Made by a program: the position numbers and the translations under genes. A stretch of DNA of 64,000 nucleotides, taken from NCBI RefSeq assembly GCF_004010195.1, contig NC_057742.1, positions 31,456,479 through 31,520,478 on the forward strand. Direction: 5' to 3'. Shown here piece by piece: positions 63,883 through 64,000 of this stretch; within the stretch, counting starts at the first letter, position 1, and each line of letters opens with the position of its first letter. The stretch comes from Chiloscyllium plagiosum. Lineage: Eukaryota. The notes beneath the pieces were generated by a model that was not told the DNA's origin, did no database searches, and was given only the letters and a program-made list of their open reading frames with translations.

Positions 63883-64000
63883 TTTGACGAGTCTCAAAAG
63901 AGAACACAAAACTAGCGATTGAATTAGCTTGCTCTACAGACGTTTTAACTTTGAGATATGCTAGAACACAGTATAGCTGTAACATTTGAAAACTGAAGTG

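Noticed and set aside
49172-64000. grn promoter or non-coding first exon
   Set aside because: The ATG exon has a splice acceptor, so an upstream exon should exist. No CpG island or convincing exon is visible, so it is probably outside the window or unrecognisable without RNA data.
1-64000. CRISPR arrays, operons or other prokaryotic systems
   Set aside because: The sequence is spliced vertebrate DNA, and no regularly spaced repeat-spacer array was seen.

Overview
Eukaryotic genomic DNA, almost certainly a cartilaginous fish (shark). That call is an inference from HE1/V-SINE-type SINEs, CR1-like and Rex1/Babar-like LINEs and Penelope-like elements. The window lies inside one minus-strand progranulin (grn) gene. 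I traced 11 coding exons by hand (49168 down to 1798). All have GT-AG junctions and compatible phases, giving 1788 nt = 596 aa with no stop, so the gene continues beyond position 1. No first exon or promoter was found. Protein order: signal peptide, paragranulin, 10-Cys G-type module, a compact extra module, one F/B-like module, then phase-0 exons that each carry a C-half, linker and N-half. A two-exon unit is tandemly duplicated (about 691-3121 vs 5518-10043). In one copy a 1-nt deletion frameshifts the N-half and simultaneously creates a new in-frame splice donor. The next exon's C-half is therefore left without a partner, and it has gained a 9-nt in-frame insertion and basic substitutions. 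The introns are dense with nested transposons, including Penelope-derived fold-back elements and 3' ends carrying hammerhead-ribozyme cores. All calls were made by eye with no database search, and transposon boundaries without target-site duplications (TSDs) are approximate.
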